Assembly: GCF_035497195.1 (NCBI RefSeq)
Contig: NZ_DATJDZ010000016.1
Coordinates: forward strand, 23-64,022
Direction of reading: 5' to 3'
From: Asticcacaulis sp.
Lineage (GTDB): Bacteria > Pseudomonadota > Alphaproteobacteria > Caulobacterales > Caulobacteraceae
Length of the DNA stretch: 64,000 nucleotides
Part shown: piece by piece, positions 62,417 through 64,000 of the stretch
How positions within the stretch are numbered: the stretch's first letter is position 1
Layout of the letters: every line of letters begins with the position of its first letter
Translations under genes and position numbers: made by a program
Notes under the pieces: model-generated
What the model was told of the DNA's origin: nothing
What the model saw: the letters and a program-made list of their open reading frames with translations, nothing else
Databases searched by the model: none

Positions 62417-62502
62417 CGAATTTTCCGCCGCTCCCCGTGTGTTTTATCCGCCCTTAACGGGCTTTTGTGGATTTATAACACAATAACGACGATCTTCCAG
62501 AC

Positions 62503-62517
62503 AATTGTACTACAATA
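62503..62517. promoter_or_regulatory. Palindrome AATTGT-act-ACAATa upstream of the ECF sigma gene
   Basis: 5/6-bp arms with a 3-nt spacer, 87 nt upstream of ATG 62416 and abutting the GH53 stop codon (62518). Confidence 0.4.
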
Positions 62518-63864
62518 TTACGGCTGTGGCGTTCCCAACACAACCGGACCGCCGGCCTTCGGCACGGTGACATCAAACGCTTCGGCATCGCCGAGCGCGC
62601 CTTCACTTTCCGCCGTGCCGACGACCACATGGGTTTCCGGCCGCAGCCAGGCCGCATAGACAAAGCGGCCATCGGTTTTCTGCATGGTGACGGTGACGCC
62701 GCCGGTAAAATCGCCGGTCAGGTATTGCGCCGCCTGACCGTGATCCGCGACAGCGAAAGTCGTCTCGACCGGCCAGATGTAGGCCGCTTTCGGCCATTCG
62801 AGCGCCGGCAGGGCCTTACCTTTATAGTCGAAAAAGGCGGCGTTTTCCCAATCTGACCCCTGCGCCCAGCGCGTCCTGCATTTGGTTGAAACCCAGGCCG
62901 GTTCCCAATAAACGACACCGATCCCGCCGGCATCAAGCGTCAGTTGCATGATGTCGTGCATATATTTCGCCTGACCGGCGATCGAGACCGGATAGTCCTT
63001 CAGCGCCGAATCCGAGCCGAGCAGATTATTGGCGCGGTCGGCGGCCTCGTCGGTGAAGGCGTAGCCGGTTTCGACCACCACCACGTCCTTGCCGAACCGG
63101 TAATGAACGCGGCGGATGGTTTCGGCCAGGCCCGTGAAATCCTCTTTCGACCACTTGCTGTAATAGCTCAGGCCGATGATGTCATAGCCGGTGACGCCGG
63201 CGGCGGTGGCGGCCGCAAACCACGGCTCGACATTTTCCGGCTGGGCGACGTGCAGCATGATTTCCGGCTTTATGGAACTATCCGCCGAAGCGTCACGCAC
63301 GCCTTTGATGCCGGCATTGAACAGTTTGGCATTGCGCGCCCAATTGATGGCGACATGCTCCTCCGGCTGGGTGCGCAGTATCTCGCCATTGGTCTCATTC
63401 CCCACCTGCACCATTTCCGGCATCAGGTTCTTCGCCTTCAGGGCGTTGAGCGTATCGAGCGTATACTGATAGAGCGCTTTTGCCTGACCGTCCTCGGTAA
63501 GGCCCGCCCAGGCGGCGGGCACCAGTTGCTTCCCGCCATCGGCCCAGTCGTCGGAATAATGGAAATCGAGCAACACCTTCTGGCCCTGCGCCTTGGCGGC
63601 GGCGATGGTCTTCTCCACATCGGCGAGATCGGAATAGGGCGTCCATCTGGCGTCGACCCAGATTCGCACGCGGACGAGATTATGACCCGACTCCGCGAAG
63701 ATTTTATAGGCGTCGGTTTCGCCCTTATAGTCATACTTCGCGCCGCACGCCTTTATTTCATTGACGTAGGAGAGATCGGCGCCGAACCAGTAGTCGCGGG
63801 CCGAAGCGGGGTTTCCGGCCAGCAGGGTGATGGCGGGCAACAGGGCAAGGAACTGTGTTTTCAT
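62518..63864 (-). CDS. Exported GH53 arabinogalactan endo-beta-1,4-galactanase with a C-terminal extra domain
   Basis: 448 aa. Signal peptide. Contains FGADLSYVNE, NLVRVRIWVD, acid/base VQVGNETNGE and nucleophile VVVVETGYAF. There is a ~90-aa beta-rich C-terminal extension after ...KALPALEW. Confidence 0.85.
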   Translation of the reverse strand: MKTQFLALLPAITLLAGNPASARDYWFGADLSYVNEIKACGAKYDYKGETDAYKIFAESGHNLVRVRIWVDARWTPYSDLADVEKTIAAAKAQGQKVLLDFHYSDDWADGGKQLVPAAWAGLTEDGQAKALYQYTLDTLNALKAKNLMPEMVQVGNETNGEILRTQPEEHVAINWARNAKLFNAGIKGVRDASADSSIKPEIMLHVAQPENVEPWFAAATAAGVTGYDIIGLSYYSKWSKEDFTGLAETIRRVHYRFGKDVVVVETGYAFTDEAADRANNLLGSDSALKDYPVSIAGQAKYMHDIMQLTLDAGGIGVVYWEPAWVSTKCRTRWAQGSDWENAAFFDYKGKALPALEWPKAAYIWPVETTFAVADHGQAAQYLTGDFTGGVTVTMQKTDGRFVYAAWLRPETHVVVGTAESEGALGDAEAFDVTVPKAGGPVVLGTPQP

Positions 63865-63900
63865 ACCCCTTAAGATGCCCGGCGCAGATTTTTCCGCCGC

Positions 63901-64000
63901 TTACAGGTCGAGTTTCATATCCTGCAACAAGGCTCGCAGGTATTCGCGGTTGATGCGGTCCTCATCGACCGGCGCATGACGCGCCGGATCGGGATCAAAA
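63901..64000 (-). CDS. C-terminal fragment of an unidentified protein (5' part outside the window)
   Basis: The reverse complement reads ...FDPDPARHAPVDEDRINREYLRALLQDMKLDL*. Stop codon at 63903..63901. Too short to assign. Confidence 0.35.
   Translation of the reverse strand, partial: FDPDPARHAPVDEDRINREYLRALLQDMKLDL

Noticed and set aside
1-64000. Mobile genetic element, prophage, genomic island or defence island
   Set aside because: I found no integrase, transposase, recombinase, phage structural genes, toxin-antitoxin pairs, restriction-modification genes, cas genes or flanking tRNA genes. By eye, gene density and GC content look uniform except in short AT-rich promoter regions.

Overview
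High-GC (roughly 60%) chromosomal segment. Gene content suggests an alphaproteobacterium, probably Caulobacterales-like, but that is inference only. I count about 56 protein-coding genes, densely packed. I found no rRNA, tRNA, CRISPR array, transposase, integrase or prophage genes. Many long ORFs in the track are antisense shadows of the real genes (R/G/A/H-rich, no recognisable motifs).

Gene order, left to right:
- truncated CHASE3-GAF sensor kinase
- mobA / moaA
- dinB
- DUF72 protein and a Gfo/Idh/MocA oxidoreductase
- macA-macB-NodT efflux operon
- perhydrolase-type hydrolase
- GT4-fusion glycosyltransferase plus a GH130 phosphorylase
- stress-type small proteins (CsbD, DUF883, holin-like)
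- CHASE3-PAS kinase / receiver / hybrid kinase phosphorelay, followed by orphan small proteins
- sensor-less kinase, DUF1328 protein and an OmpR-type regulator
- phhB ... GH2, exported isomerase ... phhA
- S9 peptidase
- translationally coupled operon of a receiver-domain protein plus two paralogous ~390-aa proteins that I cannot assign to any family. This is the best candidate for an undescribed system.
- FliL-like exported protein
- phasin and bdhA
- Atm1-type ABC exporter and a DsbA-like protein
- GH130 / 2-epimerase / symporter mannobiose operon
- MerC-like protein, Dabb protein and a GT-C glycosyltransferase
- porin-pstSCAB with clear Pho boxes
- exported msrB and msrA
- galactan-type locus (GH53, ECF sigma, FecR, TonB-dependent transducer, GH2)

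Non-coding structure includes:
- a family of CCTCCCC/GGGGAGG hairpins and two large nested-palindrome elements, all placed at gene 3' ends
- several perfect palindromes and direct repeats in promoter regions

All functional calls come from motifs read by eye. No database search was run.
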